Origin: Candidatus Bathyarchaeota archaeon
GTDB lineage: Archaea > Thermoproteota > Bathyarchaeia > Bathyarchaeales > Bathycorpusculaceae
Direction: 5' to 3'
NCBI GenBank assembly: GCA_963775685.1
Contig: CAVZJV010000014.1
Coordinates: 1,856,001 to 1,920,000 of the forward strand
Length of the DNA stretch: 64,000 bases
The notes under the pieces are model-generated. The model saw nothing but the letters and a program-made list of their open reading frames with translations, made no database searches and was not told the DNA's origin. Positions within the stretch are counted from its first letter, which is position 1. The number at the start of each line of letters is the position of its first letter. Shown piece after piece: positions 19,791-30,253 of this stretch. Position numbers and translations under genes: made by a program.

Positions 19791-20153
19791 ATTCAACGTT
19801 ATGACATGGAAAAGCTTTGTTGAGGGACACCCCTATGTTTCCTCTCGAAGTTTTTGGGACAAAAGAAGTTAGGAAAGCTCGAAAAAATATTTACAGACAG
19901 ATTGTCTAAAATGTTTGATGATAATCATTAATATATAAAAATGCGTTTTATCACTCAGAGTATATTATTATATATATTATAATTAGTAGTTTCCTTATAA
20001 TAAACTATATTCTCCAGTAGAAACTTTGGTGTGTGTCTTCTCTTGGTTTGTTTGACCACTATCGCCTATTTTCTTTGTTTTTTAGGATTGTTGTGGTCTA
20101 AAACTAGTTTTTTGTACTGTATCCTTTATCTGTTCCACAAGAAATAACGGTTG
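19569..20153. other. Probable replication origin (oriC) with ORB elements and AT-rich DUE
   Basis: ORB-like TTCCAGTAGAAGTGAAGGGGT (19569,+), CTTCGAGAGGAAACATAGGGGTGT (19827-19850,-), CTCCAGTAGAAACTTTGGTGT (20012,+), GTTCCACAAGAAATAACGG (20132,+); AT-rich ~19915-20010 between inverted ORBs; directly upstream of cdc6. Confidence 0.85.
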
Positions 20154-20180
20154 TACCTGTCAAGATTGATGTGATGACGA

Positions 20181-21428
20181 ATGGGGAATCCGAGTGTACT
20201 AGATGATGTATTTGACAACTTCGTTAATGGTGCTCGATTGTTTAAAGACCGAGAAGTTTTAAGGCATGATTATCTTCCTGAGAAGTTGCCACATCGTGAA
20301 GACCAAATACGATTATTAGGTTCAACTGTTGCTCCAGTTTTGAGAGATTCAAGGTGCTCTAACATTTTTATTTATGGCAAAACTGGAACCGGAAAGACTG
20401 CAGTAACAAAGTATGTTTTAAGCCATTTGGAGTCCAAAGCAAAAGAGTATGGTGCACAAGTAAAATTTTGCTACATCAACTGCCGCATGACTGGTTCAGA
20501 GTACAGAGTGTTTGCAAGCCTAAGCCAAAGTGTTGGGTTATCCGTCCCTTTTACTGGGTTGTCAGTGGGTGAGGTTTTTGACAGGTTTAGAACGGGGTTA
20601 GATTCCTCAAGGATAATTTTCATAATTGTCTTAGATGAGGTTGATGCCTTGATTAAAGAGCGTGGCGACGCGTTCATGTATGAACTAACAAGAATAAACG
20701 AAACCTTAAGCAAAAGCAAGGTTGCTATAATCGGAATATCCAACGATCTGCGTCTAAAAGAATTCCTAGATCCGCGAGTCTTCAGTTCACTTAGCGAAGA
20801 AGAGCTGGTCTTTAGACCATACGATGCAGGAGAACTCCGAAATATACTTTTAGAAAGGTCAAAATTGTCCTTCCAAGAAGGTGTTTTATCCGATTCAGCC
20901 CTTAGCATTTGCTCGGCTTTGGCTGCAGCTGAACATGGGGATGCTAGGCGTGCTCTAGATTTGTTACGTGTTGCTGGAGAAGTGGCTGAGCGTGCAGGTG
21001 CAAAAATGATTACAGAAGAGCACGTGCGTCAGGCAGAGAAACACATTGAGCATAATCGTGTAGTTGAAGCCCTCAACAACTTAACGTTGCATTCAAAGTT
21101 GGTGCTGCTGAGTGTTTATCATCTAAACAAGTCAAGCCCTACTACCGGAGAAATTTACGATGTATACAATGAATTGTGCGGCGAAATGGGTGCTGGGCTT
21201 TTAACTCAAAGACGTTTAGGCACTTTGGTTAATGAGTTGGATTCAATGGGACTTGTGAACGCAAAAGTTGTAAGCATGGGACGTTATGGTAGAACCAAGA
21301 AAATAAGGCTCGATATTTCCCGAAGTTTGATCAGGGATGTCTTTGGTAGCGACAACCGCTTTAGCCGCTTGATTGAGTACTCACCTCAAGTTTCCCGTAA
21401 AAACTTAAAAAGCCATCCTAATCCGTGA
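20181..21428 (+). CDS. cdc6: Orc1/Cdc6 replication initiator
   Basis: LPHRE, GKTGTGKT, LDEVD, GDARRALDLLR, GRYGRT wing. Confidence 0.97.
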   Translation: MGNPSVLDDVFDNFVNGARLFKDREVLRHDYLPEKLPHREDQIRLLGSTVAPVLRDSRCSNIFIYGKTGTGKTAVTKYVLSHLESKAKEYGAQVKFCYINCRMTGSEYRVFASLSQSVGLSVPFTGLSVGEVFDRFRTGLDSSRIIFIIVLDEVDALIKERGDAFMYELTRINETLSKSKVAIIGISNDLRLKEFLDPRVFSSLSEEELVFRPYDAGELRNILLERSKLSFQEGVLSDSALSICSALAAAEHGDARRALDLLRVAGEVAERAGAKMITEEHVRQAEKHIEHNRVVEALNNLTLHSKLVLLSVYHLNKSSPTTGEIYDVYNELCGEMGAGLLTQRRLGTLVNELDSMGLVNAKVVSMGRYGRTKKIRLDISRSLIRDVFGSDNRFSRLIEYSPQVSRKNLKSHPNP

Positions 21429-22986
21429 AGGACAATACGGTAGTGTGCAATGTTTGCAGGTTAACCACTGGCACTTTACCGGGTGTCGGAACCAACCCTA
21501 ATTTTTCCATGTAATCGGTCTGGTCTTGCCAACCGCCCGAATTAACAACTAACACTCCGCGGTAATTGCAGTATCCTATTACGTGTATGTGACCTGCATG
21601 GAAAATATCTGGAACTCTGTCTACAACAAGGTAGTCTCTGTTTTCTGGGGACAGCATGGTTTTTCCGCCATAAACAGGTGCTAAATGGCGGCCTTGCATA
21701 AGCAAGCGCATTGCTTTTTCAGGGTGATCATGGTCCATTCCAGGTATGACCGCGATTATATCGTCTAAACTGCGACCATGATACATAAGGATCTCTACGC
21801 CATGAAGGCTTAGCAGGCATGGGCTTCCGACGGAGTGAATGTTCTTTTTCCCTTTGATGCCTGTCAAGTAACCTTCTGGGATAGCTGGCTGGGGTAGTGA
21901 TTTGCGTGCGGCATCGTGGTTGCCTGGCGAGAGAAAGATTTCAATGTAATTTGGGATTTTTTCAAGGTATTTGGCTGCGAAGTCATATTGTTTGTGTACG
22001 TCACGTATGGTTAGTTCGTTTTGCTGGCCAGGGTAGATTCCCACCCCGTCAACGATGTCTCCGGCGACTAAGAGATACTTTACTCGACTAGCAATTTCCT
22101 TCATCTCGGGCGTTCCGTATTTGCCTTTAAGCCATAGTATGAAACGTTTGAATGATTCTTTGGTAAATTTTGTGCTGCCGATATGTATGTCGGATGTAAG
22201 GACTGCGTAAATTGGTTCTTGAGCTCTCTGCTGCTGTTTTCTTCCTATTTCAGGAAAGATAATGTCTTCTGCCATGAAAAGATTAGTTCGCGTCTTGATT
22301 ACAGCTAGACAGACTACTTGGTCGGGCAGAAGCATGAGGGTTTTCTTCTTGACTTCCTCGGGGACGTTTTGAGATACAAGTACCGTTGCGTTTCCTTGTA
22401 AGTCTTCAACTGAAAGTATAGTGTGGTTTTTTGAATCTCGCTTCTCAGTAATCATGCAAATAATTTTTAGTTTAGTTTTCGCAGGCGATTTTAGAGCTTC
22501 CAGAATTGGGGTTGCAGCTTTAACATCCATTCTCTGCCTAAGAAGATGTTCGATACGTTTGAAGCGGTCTTGAAAGTAAAGCACATATTCATTTAGTGTT
22601 CCGTTTGAGCTTAGTTTACCTGTAGCGTCTTCTATGATTTTGATATCTGACGGTATGTCTTTTGCGTATGGATAAAATTCGGTTTCATCACTGCTCAGCT
22701 CTTGTGTTATCCCAGGTTCTGGGGTTGTTTGTGGCTCCAATATTGGTATTTCGGGTATCGTTCTTTCAGGTACCGACTGCAATAATTTTTCCAAAAAACC
22801 TTTTTCGATGAACATCGGCTTGTCTTCAAGTTCTCCAATTCGTTTAAATGCTAACTGCATAATTGTGCCCGGATCATTTGCTTCACAGTTTTGGCACAGG
22901 TACTCAAAGGCTTCGCTGTTTAGCTGGTAGCCTGCAGCTATTGTCGCCTGAATTGCTCTTTGAAGTTTATCTCTTGAGCTCATCAA
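21418..22986 (-). CDS. polB: DNA polymerase D small subunit DP1
   Basis: SDIHIGS, AGDIVDG.GIYPGQ, PGNHD, HGRS, HLAP, GHIH. Confidence 0.96.
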   Translation of the reverse strand: MMSSRDKLQRAIQATIAAGYQLNSEAFEYLCQNCEANDPGTIMQLAFKRIGELEDKPMFIEKGFLEKLLQSVPERTIPEIPILEPQTTPEPGITQELSSDETEFYPYAKDIPSDIKIIEDATGKLSSNGTLNEYVLYFQDRFKRIEHLLRQRMDVKAATPILEALKSPAKTKLKIICMITEKRDSKNHTILSVEDLQGNATVLVSQNVPEEVKKKTLMLLPDQVVCLAVIKTRTNLFMAEDIIFPEIGRKQQQRAQEPIYAVLTSDIHIGSTKFTKESFKRFILWLKGKYGTPEMKEIASRVKYLLVAGDIVDGVGIYPGQQNELTIRDVHKQYDFAAKYLEKIPNYIEIFLSPGNHDAARKSLPQPAIPEGYLTGIKGKKNIHSVGSPCLLSLHGVEILMYHGRSLDDIIAVIPGMDHDHPEKAMRLLMQGRHLAPVYGGKTMLSPENRDYLVVDRVPDIFHAGHIHVIGYCNYRGVLVVNSGGWQDQTDYMEKLGLVPTPGKVPVVNLQTLHTTVLSFTD

Positions 22987-23220
22987 ATTCTTGCCCTGAC
23001 CCTTGAATATTAATTGTTTAATGTGTTAGCCTTTTATGCTCTTGAGTTATATACTGTTTCTTATTACCCTCTTTTCTTTTTGTCGGAACACTTGAAGGGC
23101 GGATTTTTTGTTATAACGCTAGTGATTGTATTTTTAAAAGTAAAGTTATGGGAAATCAATTTAATTTAAATAAGCAAACAATAGTTTAGATAGGTCGTAT
23201 CTTCATAGGTGAACTTGCAT

Positions 23221-24195
23221 ATGAGTGAATCGCGTAAAGTTCAGCAAACACCAACTGGAACCTTTTTTATTTGCGTACCCAGAGACTGGGCAAAAGATAA
23301 CGGCTTGAAGAAGGGCGCTTTAGTAAATTTAGAGATAACAGGTGATGGTAAACTTCTTGTTGACCCAAAGAACGTAGCTGAACCTGAGCCCAAAGTTGCA
23401 ACATTAGCTATTGGTCCTTTTTTGGGGCGTGAAATCGTGGGCAGATATCTTCTGGGTTATGACACTATTAACATTGAAGCAAAAGATCGTATTGATGCCA
23501 ACGCAAGGAAAATAATTAAATCGACTGCTAGTTCTTTAGCAGGTTTAGAGATTGTAGAGGAAACCATCTGCAAAATTTCTTTGCAAAGTATTTCGCAACA
23601 GCCGTTTGGGTTTTTGCCTGAGAAAATTTTACAGCGCAATCATGGTCTTGTTGCAGGAATGATTCGAGATGTCTCTAATTCTTTCATTAATAGCGATATC
23701 GAGTTAGCTAAGAGCGTGGTTTCTCGCGATAACGAAAGCAACCGCCTTTATTTTTTGTTGGTTAGAACTCTGCGGACAATTATTCAGAATCCACGGTTGA
23801 GCGATAAGCTTGGGATTACACCCATTGAGTGCTTAGACTATCGTTTGGCTGCAAGCTTAATTGAAGGCATCGGTGACGCATGCGTTCAGTTTGCGTCAAC
23901 CGCAATTGAGCTTAACGGAATCAAATTGTCTACTGACCTTCGAAAGCTGCTGTTCGAACTTCAATCTGCATGCTCAGATGCTAACGACCAAGCCATCAAA
24001 GCTTTCCTAAACAAGGACATTTCGTTGGCGGAAAATGTTCGGAATTTAGGTGGGAAAATTGAGCCAATTTATTCTAATATAGAACGTATGGCGAAGGATT
24101 TGTCAGTGGATTTGATGCCTCAGATTTTGGCAGCGGTGGCTTTTCTTAGGCAAATTTACGAGCGCAGTGTAGATATGGCTGATTTGGTTGTATAG
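23221..24195 (+). CDS. phoU: Phosphate uptake regulator, AbrB-like N-domain + PhoU domains
   Basis: RKVQQT..GTFFICVPRDWA AbrB/MazE-like domain; RLYFLLVR, IEGIGD. Confidence 0.85.
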   Translation: MSESRKVQQTPTGTFFICVPRDWAKDNGLKKGALVNLEITGDGKLLVDPKNVAEPEPKVATLAIGPFLGREIVGRYLLGYDTINIEAKDRIDANARKIIKSTASSLAGLEIVEETICKISLQSISQQPFGFLPEKILQRNHGLVAGMIRDVSNSFINSDIELAKSVVSRDNESNRLYFLLVRTLRTIIQNPRLSDKLGITPIECLDYRLAASLIEGIGDACVQFASTAIELNGIKLSTDLRKLLFELQSACSDANDQAIKAFLNKDISLAENVRNLGGKIEPIYSNIERMAKDLSVDLMPQILAAVAFLRQIYERSVDMADLVV

Positions 24196-24525
24196 TTACT
24201 GCTCTGAGTCCCTGGTGCTCGTTAGATTGTTGCCTTCATGTTTAAAGGCTGAACATTGCATAGTTTATTTCAGATGAAATAACTAACGTTCGTTGCCAAA
24301 GAAACAATTAATTGATACTATCCATCTGGGCCAAGAGTTAAGGTTCCAAAAGTTTGTTGTGGCCTAAATTTGCTTTGAGTACTGAGGCGATAACTTGATC
24401 TAAAAGAGACGACTTCCCCCCTTATGTTTTTATACTCAAGCAAACCTTGAACTACTGCAAGAACCTGATTTTGGATAGTAAAGGGTTAAATTTGCAGTTT
24501 AGTATTCCATTCAGGGATAAATCTC

Positions 24526-25149
24526 ATGTCAACTATCACTGACAAAATAGCAAATGCCCTTTATCTGTCTGGTTGCTTAAAATTTGGACGCTTCAAAATC
24601 AAATCTGGAGCAACAAGCCCCTACTACATAGACCTTGCCCGTATACTCGCTGTGCCCCAACAACTCTGTATTATCGCTGAACTTGCCTCACAGAAAATCA
24701 AGAAGCTATCCACAGTTGATAGAATCGACAAGTTAGCCTCTATCGAGCTTAAAGGCGCGTTGATTGCGCCAAGTATCGCATGCAAACTAAATCTGCCCTG
24801 CGTGATTGTTCGAAAAGAAGAAAAAGGCTATGGTGTCACCGGCAGAATTGCCGGTGCAGAAGTTACTAAAGGTGACAATATTCTCTTCTTTGACGACGTC
24901 ATAAGTGAAGGCTTGTCCAAAGTTGAGGGAATAAAGTCTCTTCAAGATCAAGGTGCCAACGTCAAACACCTGTTGGTTGTGGTAAACCGGGAGCACGGAG
25001 GCAAAGAAAAACTAGAAAAACTCGGCTTCAAAGTACATGCCTTAGCCAAAATCACGGACACCGTGGTTTCGCTTTACCGAGAAAAACACATTTCTAAAGA
25101 ACAAGCTGACAATGTCTTAAATTATGTTAAAAATCTACATCTTGAATAG
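24526..25149 (+). CDS. pyrE: Orotate phosphoribosyltransferase
   Basis: KFGRFKIKSGATSPYYID, VRKEEKGYG, FFDDVISEG PRPP motif. Confidence 0.9.
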   Translation: MSTITDKIANALYLSGCLKFGRFKIKSGATSPYYIDLARILAVPQQLCIIAELASQKIKKLSTVDRIDKLASIELKGALIAPSIACKLNLPCVIVRKEEKGYGVTGRIAGAEVTKGDNILFFDDVISEGLSKVEGIKSLQDQGANVKHLLVVVNREHGGKEKLEKLGFKVHALAKITDTVVSLYREKHISKEQADNVLNYVKNLHLE

Positions 25150-25273
25150 TATACTGTTCTGCGATTTTTTCAGGAACGCCTGCTAGATTGCCAATTTTTC
25201 CAAGTTCCCCCTCTAATTTCTCTAACTTGTCGACCTCCACTCTTGGTCCCACTTTCATTTCGATAGGTCGCAT
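25127..25273 (-). CDS. Possible small protein or gene fragment (48 aa)
   Basis: Manual translation MRPIEMKVGPRVEVDKLEKLEGELGKIGNLAGVPEKIAEQYTIQDVDF; protein-like composition only. Confidence 0.3.
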   Translation of the reverse strand: MRPIEMKVGPRVEVDKLEKLEGELGKIGNLAGVPEKIAEQYTIQDVDF

Positions 25274-25385
25274 ATGAAATTAAACAAAAACAAGAAATAA
25301 CCTAAATAAAGCAACCATGTGAAAAGGTACCCCTATATTTATTGGATACTATTTCACAACAATATAGGAATGGAGAAATCAGCCA

Positions 25386-26391
25386 ATGCAAGACCAAAAG
25401 CAAGTAGTAAGCGCGATGCTCACACCAGAAGCTTATCCCCAAAACCCTGGCAAAATTGAGCTTATCCAAACCCACATATCCTTTGTGTTCTTAACCGAGA
25501 ATTTTGTTTATAAAGTAAAAAAAGCGGTTAACTTTGGCTTCCTTGACTTCTCCACAAAAGACAAAAGACGCTTGTTCTGCGAAAAAGAATTAGAGCTCAA
25601 CAGACGGCTCTGTCCAGAAATATACCTCGAAGTTGTTCCAATTAACAAGTCAGACATCATCAAAATAAGGGGAAGCGGCGAAACCGTAGAGTATGCCCTA
25701 AAGATGAAACGATTGCCTCAAGAACGAATCATGACCCTGCTCATAAAAGAAAACAGAGTTGACAAAAAAATAATCGACGATATAGCCAACATAGTTGCAG
25801 AATTCCATTTAAGAGCCCAAACAAGCCCTGAGATTGACGAATTCGGCTCCCTGAAAATCATTAGGACTAACTGGGATGAAAACTTTGCCCAAACCACAAA
25901 ATACTTAAACCAATCCATCACCCAAAAAGACTTCCAACTTATCCAAATCAATATAAATGCTTTTCGAAAACAAGAAAGCGCTTTTTGAAAGTAGAATCAC
26001 TGACAAACGTATCCGAGATTGCCATGGTGACTTGCACTCCGGCAACATCTTTATAACCGACAAAATCTGCATTTTCGACGCTATTGAGTTCAACGATCGT
26101 TTCCGCTATTCTGATGTTGCTTCGGATGTAGCCTTCTTAGCAATGGACCTAGATTATCAGCAACGAGGAAACCTTGCCAACTACTTCATAGAACGTTATG
26201 TGGTCTATTGTAAAGACCAGCAACTACTAAGTGTGCTTGAATTCTACAAGTGTTACCGCGCCTATGTGCGGGGCAAAGTAATCAGCTTCAGGCTCGACGA
26301 CCCAAACATTTCCGCAAAAGAAAAAGCAGCGGCGATCACAGAAGCTCAAGCATACTTCAAATTAGCCACTCAATATGCACGGAACCTTTAA
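25386..26391 (+). CDS. COG2187-type aminoglycoside-phosphotransferase-like kinase, split by +1 frameshift near 25961
   Basis: QTHISFVFL, YKVKKAV.FGFLDFS, ELNRRL in frame 1; IRDCHGDLH, FDAIEFNDRF, YRAYVRGKV in frame 2. Confidence 0.85.
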
Positions 26392-26394
26392 CAG

Positions 26395-27261
26395 CTATGG
26401 GAATTGGTTGGCTACCCAATGGGGAATTCCCATGGTTCCCATAATTATTGGTTTTTGATGACAATCGCTGCCTCCCGTCGCAATCAAGCCATGCTGCTTT
26501 GCAAAAGCCAAGTAATGTTTTGTGGTTTCTGGAGTGCTTCTTGAATGCCAGCATTCAACGCCGTCGATGGACGGCAACATTTTTTCCTCAACAATTTGGG
26601 TTTGTTCGGCCAACACATTGGTTAAAGCGACCAGTGAGGTTCCATGAGGGTCGTTTGGGTGTGCCAAGACCAGTTTTCCGCCTGCATTCCTGATGAGCTT
26701 TGAGGCTTCTTCTATATAGAGTGGGAACTTAGGGACATCACATTTGACTAGGTACTTGTCAAAGGCTTCTTGGCGTGTTTTAACGATTCCTTTCTTAACA
26801 AGATAGTCGGCGATGTGGGGTCTGCCAAGGGTTCCGTCGACGGATTCATGAATTTGCCTAAAGGTGTCTTCTGATAAAGTTGCAATATTTTCTTTTTGAA
26901 ATTCAGCATTGAGGTTTTCGAGGATTTTGGTTGCCCTCTCCTCACGATACTTAGCCATTGTTTCCAGCTTGCTCTCCAATGAATGGTTGGTCGCGTCGAA
27001 ACGGTAACCTAAAAAATCCAACGAAACCGTTTTGCCTCTATGAAAACTGGGGTGAGAAAAAGTCACGTTCAACTCGACACCAGTAAGGTACCGTACATTT
27101 GATTTTTTTCCTAGCGTTATCGCTCGGGTTTGGCCTGTTATGGTGTCATGGTCGGCAACTGCTAAAAAGCCAATGTCTCTGGCTTGAGCTTCAATGAAAA
27201 TTTCTTGGAGGGTCATTTTTCCATCGGAATTCTTAGAGTGGATATGTAAATCAATTTTCAT
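26395..27261 (-). CDS. PHP-domain metal-dependent phosphoesterase
   Basis: DLHIHS..SDG, ADHD, GVE, GRPH, LAHP, GGSDCH. Confidence 0.93.
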   Translation of the reverse strand: MKIDLHIHSKNSDGKMTLQEIFIEAQARDIGFLAVADHDTITGQTRAITLGKKSNVRYLTGVELNVTFSHPSFHRGKTVSLDFLGYRFDATNHSLESKLETMAKYREERATKILENLNAEFQKENIATLSEDTFRQIHESVDGTLGRPHIADYLVKKGIVKTRQEAFDKYLVKCDVPKFPLYIEEASKLIRNAGGKLVLAHPNDPHGTSLVALTNVLAEQTQIVEEKMLPSIDGVECWHSRSTPETTKHYLAFAKQHGLIATGGSDCHQKPIIMGTMGIPHWVANQFP

Positions 27262-27274
27262 CGGTTGGCGCTCG

Positions 27275-27880
27275 TTATCTCTTTTCCATTCCAACCACAT
27301 TCCATTGGTCAGTTTCATCGTGGCAGGTGTCGACTATTAAATGAGTCACATTGAGTGTTGGATATTTTTCCTTTAAGTCCTTTATATTTACGAGTTCAAA
27401 CTTGTTCTTGTTAGCAAGATAAGCTTCCTCTGTTAAGGCGTTTGACTCATATTTTTCTTTTGTCCGTCTCATAATCCTATTGATTGAAACTTCCTGTGGG
27501 CAACTGGTTTGTAGGATAACAAAAGTCATGTTGTTTTTAGTTGCTATTTCAGCTGCACGCCGACGAAGTTCTTGAGTAACAAACGTAGCGTCTAAGATCA
27601 AACCGCCCTTCCCCTTTGCAGCTTGTTCATCTGCACGGCGAAACAATTCATCATAGACGGATAATCGCTTGTTCATGTTTCCCGCAACTTTTGTATCAAA
27701 AATATCCTCATTCCTGAGGACTTCCAGCCGAATCAAGTCGCTGCGAAGGATAGGGTAGCCTTTGATTTTTGAAACTTCCTCTGAAGTTTCTGTTTTGTAA
27801 CTTGCAGGCAATCCACATGTTATGAGTAAGGTTCTTGGTTCTAACTCTTTTTTGATAAACGAGGCAAAAGGGTCTTTCAT
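27275..27880 (-). CDS. AAA_33/COG0645-like P-loop kinase
   Basis: CGLPASYKT degenerate Walker A, LRSDLIR, ILDATF. Confidence 0.85.
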   Translation of the reverse strand: MKDPFASFIKKELEPRTLLITCGLPASYKTETSEEVSKIKGYPILRSDLIRLEVLRNEDIFDTKVAGNMNKRLSVYDELFRRADEQAAKGKGGLILDATFVTQELRRRAAEIATKNNMTFVILQTSCPQEVSINRIMRRTKEKYESNALTEEAYLANKNKFELVNIKDLKEKYPTLNVTHLIVDTCHDETDQWNVVGMEKR

Positions 27881-28011
27881 TTGTATCTCTCACAAGAACC
27901 TCTGGATATTAAATAATTAAACTTTTTTAAGAAAACATCTATCACTTTGAGTGTTGAAGAGCAAATTCTAAATAGGTAGATACCCCAATGTTCCTGAAAA
28001 GAAGGAATACC

Positions 28012-29268
28012 ATGGAAGATTTCCAAGTTAAAGATAAAAGTTTAGCGTCTCAAGGTCACCTACAGATAGAATGGGCATCAAAACATATGCCTGTTCTAAA
28101 CATCATTAAAACTCGTTTTGAAAAAGAAAAACCACTAGAAGGTCAAACCCTAGCGGCATGCCTTCATGTGACTAAAGAAACGGCAGTTCTTATAAAAGTG
28201 CTCATCTCGGGGGGCGCCAAAGTTGCGTTATGCGGCTCAAACCCACTCTCAACCCAAGACGATGTTGCAGCAGCTCTTGCTGACAGTGGCGTGCATGTTT
28301 TCGCTTGGAGAGGACAAAACACTGAAGACTACTACAAATGCATTGACAATGTGTTAGATTACAAGCCAACCATCACAATGGATGACGGCGCAGATGTCGT
28401 CGGCATGTTGCATGGTAAACGCCAAGCAGACATCAAAAACGTTAAAGGCGGAACTGAAGAAACCACCACTGGTGTAGTTCGCCTAAAAGCCATGGAACAA
28501 GATGGCAGCCTGAAATATCCCATCGTAGCAGTCAACGACGCTTACACAAAGTATCTCTTTGATAACCGCTATGGAACAGGTCAAAGCACAATCGACGGTA
28601 TTCTGCGTGCAACTTCTGTTCTGCTTGCTGGCAAAAACTTTGTAGTGGGCGGATACGGCTGGTGCAGCAGAGGTATTGCTATGCGGGCCCGAGGCTTAGG
28701 TGCTAACGTAATAGTGACAGAAGTTCAACCGATCCGTGCCCTCGAAGCCGTTATGGACGGTTTAAGAGTCATGCCCATGGCTGAAGCGTCACCAGTTGGT
28801 GACATATTCGTCACTGCAACAGGCGACATAAGCGTTATACGCAAAGAGCACATGGAAAAGATGAAGGATGGTGCCATTATATGCAACAGCGGCCACTTCA
28901 ACGTAGAAATAAACATAAAAGACTTAGAATCACTCTCAAAAGCTCACCGCACAATGCGTCCAAACATGGAAGAATATACCCTTAACGATGGCAGAAACCT
29001 TTACCTCCTCGCAGAAGGTAGACTAGTCAATTTGGCAGCAGCAGAAGGTCACCCCTCAGAGGTCATGGATATGTCTTTTGCAAACCAAGCCCTCTGCTCC
29101 GAATACATTGCCAAATCGATTAAACTGCAAACTAAAGTCTACACTGTTCCAAAAGAAATCGATGAGAAAGTTGCAGAGTTAAAACTACAAAGCATAGGCA
29201 TAGTCATCGATGAGCTTACCGCTGAACAGAAAAAGTACCTTTCAACTTGGGAAATGGGTACTACCTAA
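28012..29268 (+). CDS. ahcY: S-adenosylhomocysteine hydrolase
   Basis: [48 protein letters not shown]. Confidence 0.97.
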   Translation: MEDFQVKDKSLASQGHLQIEWASKHMPVLNIIKTRFEKEKPLEGQTLAACLHVTKETAVLIKVLISGGAKVALCGSNPLSTQDDVAAALADSGVHVFAWRGQNTEDYYKCIDNVLDYKPTITMDDGADVVGMLHGKRQADIKNVKGGTEETTTGVVRLKAMEQDGSLKYPIVAVNDAYTKYLFDNRYGTGQSTIDGILRATSVLLAGKNFVVGGYGWCSRGIAMRARGLGANVIVTEVQPIRALEAVMDGLRVMPMAEASPVGDIFVTATGDISVIRKEHMEKMKDGAIICNSGHFNVEINIKDLESLSKAHRTMRPNMEEYTLNDGRNLYLLAEGRLVNLAAAEGHPSEVMDMSFANQALCSEYIAKSIKLQTKVYTVPKEIDEKVAELKLQSIGIVIDELTAEQKKYLSTWEMGTT

Positions 29269-29346
29269 TCACTCAAGCGCTTGGAAAACATGACAAACTT
29301 TAAATTGATTAAGCGAATACATGGCTATAAAGTGGTGAATCACTAA

Positions 29347-29721
29347 ATGGTTAGCAAAGATCAAGGAATAGGTGGAGCAATACTTGTAGTTTGCGTTGTG
29401 GTAGCTATTGGCTATCTAGTTACATTGTTCTATCCAACTTGGCTTCATAGCATCGGTCTTATTGGAGGTTCATCTGACGCACTGAAAAATGCACAGTTCT
29501 GGATAATCGCAATACCAGTTTTCGTAGCTTTCGTAGCTATCCTATTCATAGGAGCATGGATAGGCTGGACAATGGCAACAACACCCCCTCCAAAACCAAT
29601 CGAAGAAATCACAACCGAAATCGAAGACAAAAAAGAAGAGCCAAAAATGGATGAACCTGCCACGGCAGCAACCGACCCAGCAACCACCGAAGAAAAAACA
29701 GCAGCGAAGAAAAAGAAGTAA
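29347..29721 (+). CDS. Conserved archaeal two-TM membrane protein
   Basis: SKDQGIG, WIGWTMATTPPPKPIEE, charged tail. Confidence 0.75.
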   Translation: MVSKDQGIGGAILVVCVVVAIGYLVTLFYPTWLHSIGLIGGSSDALKNAQFWIIAIPVFVAFVAILFIGAWIGWTMATTPPPKPIEEITTEIEDKKEEPKMDEPATAATDPATTEEKTAAKKKK

Positions 29722-29798
29722 AAACCTTCAATCTTTCTTATAATACTCCCATTTCAGTTTTTTTTCTTTTTATTTTGCATAATAAGAACGTTGGTTAT

Positions 29799-30174
29799 TT
29801 ATTCACGCATTTTCTTTAGCATACAATTGACAATGTCTTTACATACAAGGCATTCATCTGGGATCTGTTCGTTTGAAGATCTTTCACTTAAGTATCCAGG
29901 GTGAAAATTACAAGCAGCTTGCTTATGGCTATTCTGGGTTTTCCCTTTATTTTCTTCAGCGTTTGTTTTTGGTTGAGCATTTCCAATCTCTATTTCTTCA
30001 GTTTTTTTATCTGTCCTCAAAGAAGTCTCTAATTTTTTTATTTTAGTTAAGCAAAAAGGGCAGGCAAAAAATGTTTCTGAGGGGGTGATCTGTTGGTTTA
30101 AAGTTTTGAGGGGAACAGTAAAGCTTTTTCTGCAGGATGGGTTTTGGCATGTGTACGCTTCTTTTTTCCCCCAT
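29799..30174 (-). CDS. Double Zn-finger protein, +1 frameshift just after start codon
   Basis: Removing one C from CCCCC (30168-30172) gives MGKKEAYTCQNPSCRKSFTVP...ACPFCLTK...CNFHPGYL...IPDECLVCKDIVNCM. Confidence 0.7.
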
Positions 30175-30253
30175 GTTCTAAGGTAAGACTAATTCTTCTA
30201 TCTATGAGCGCTACTGGCTTATAGCATTATTGAATCTAAACTAATATTACAGA

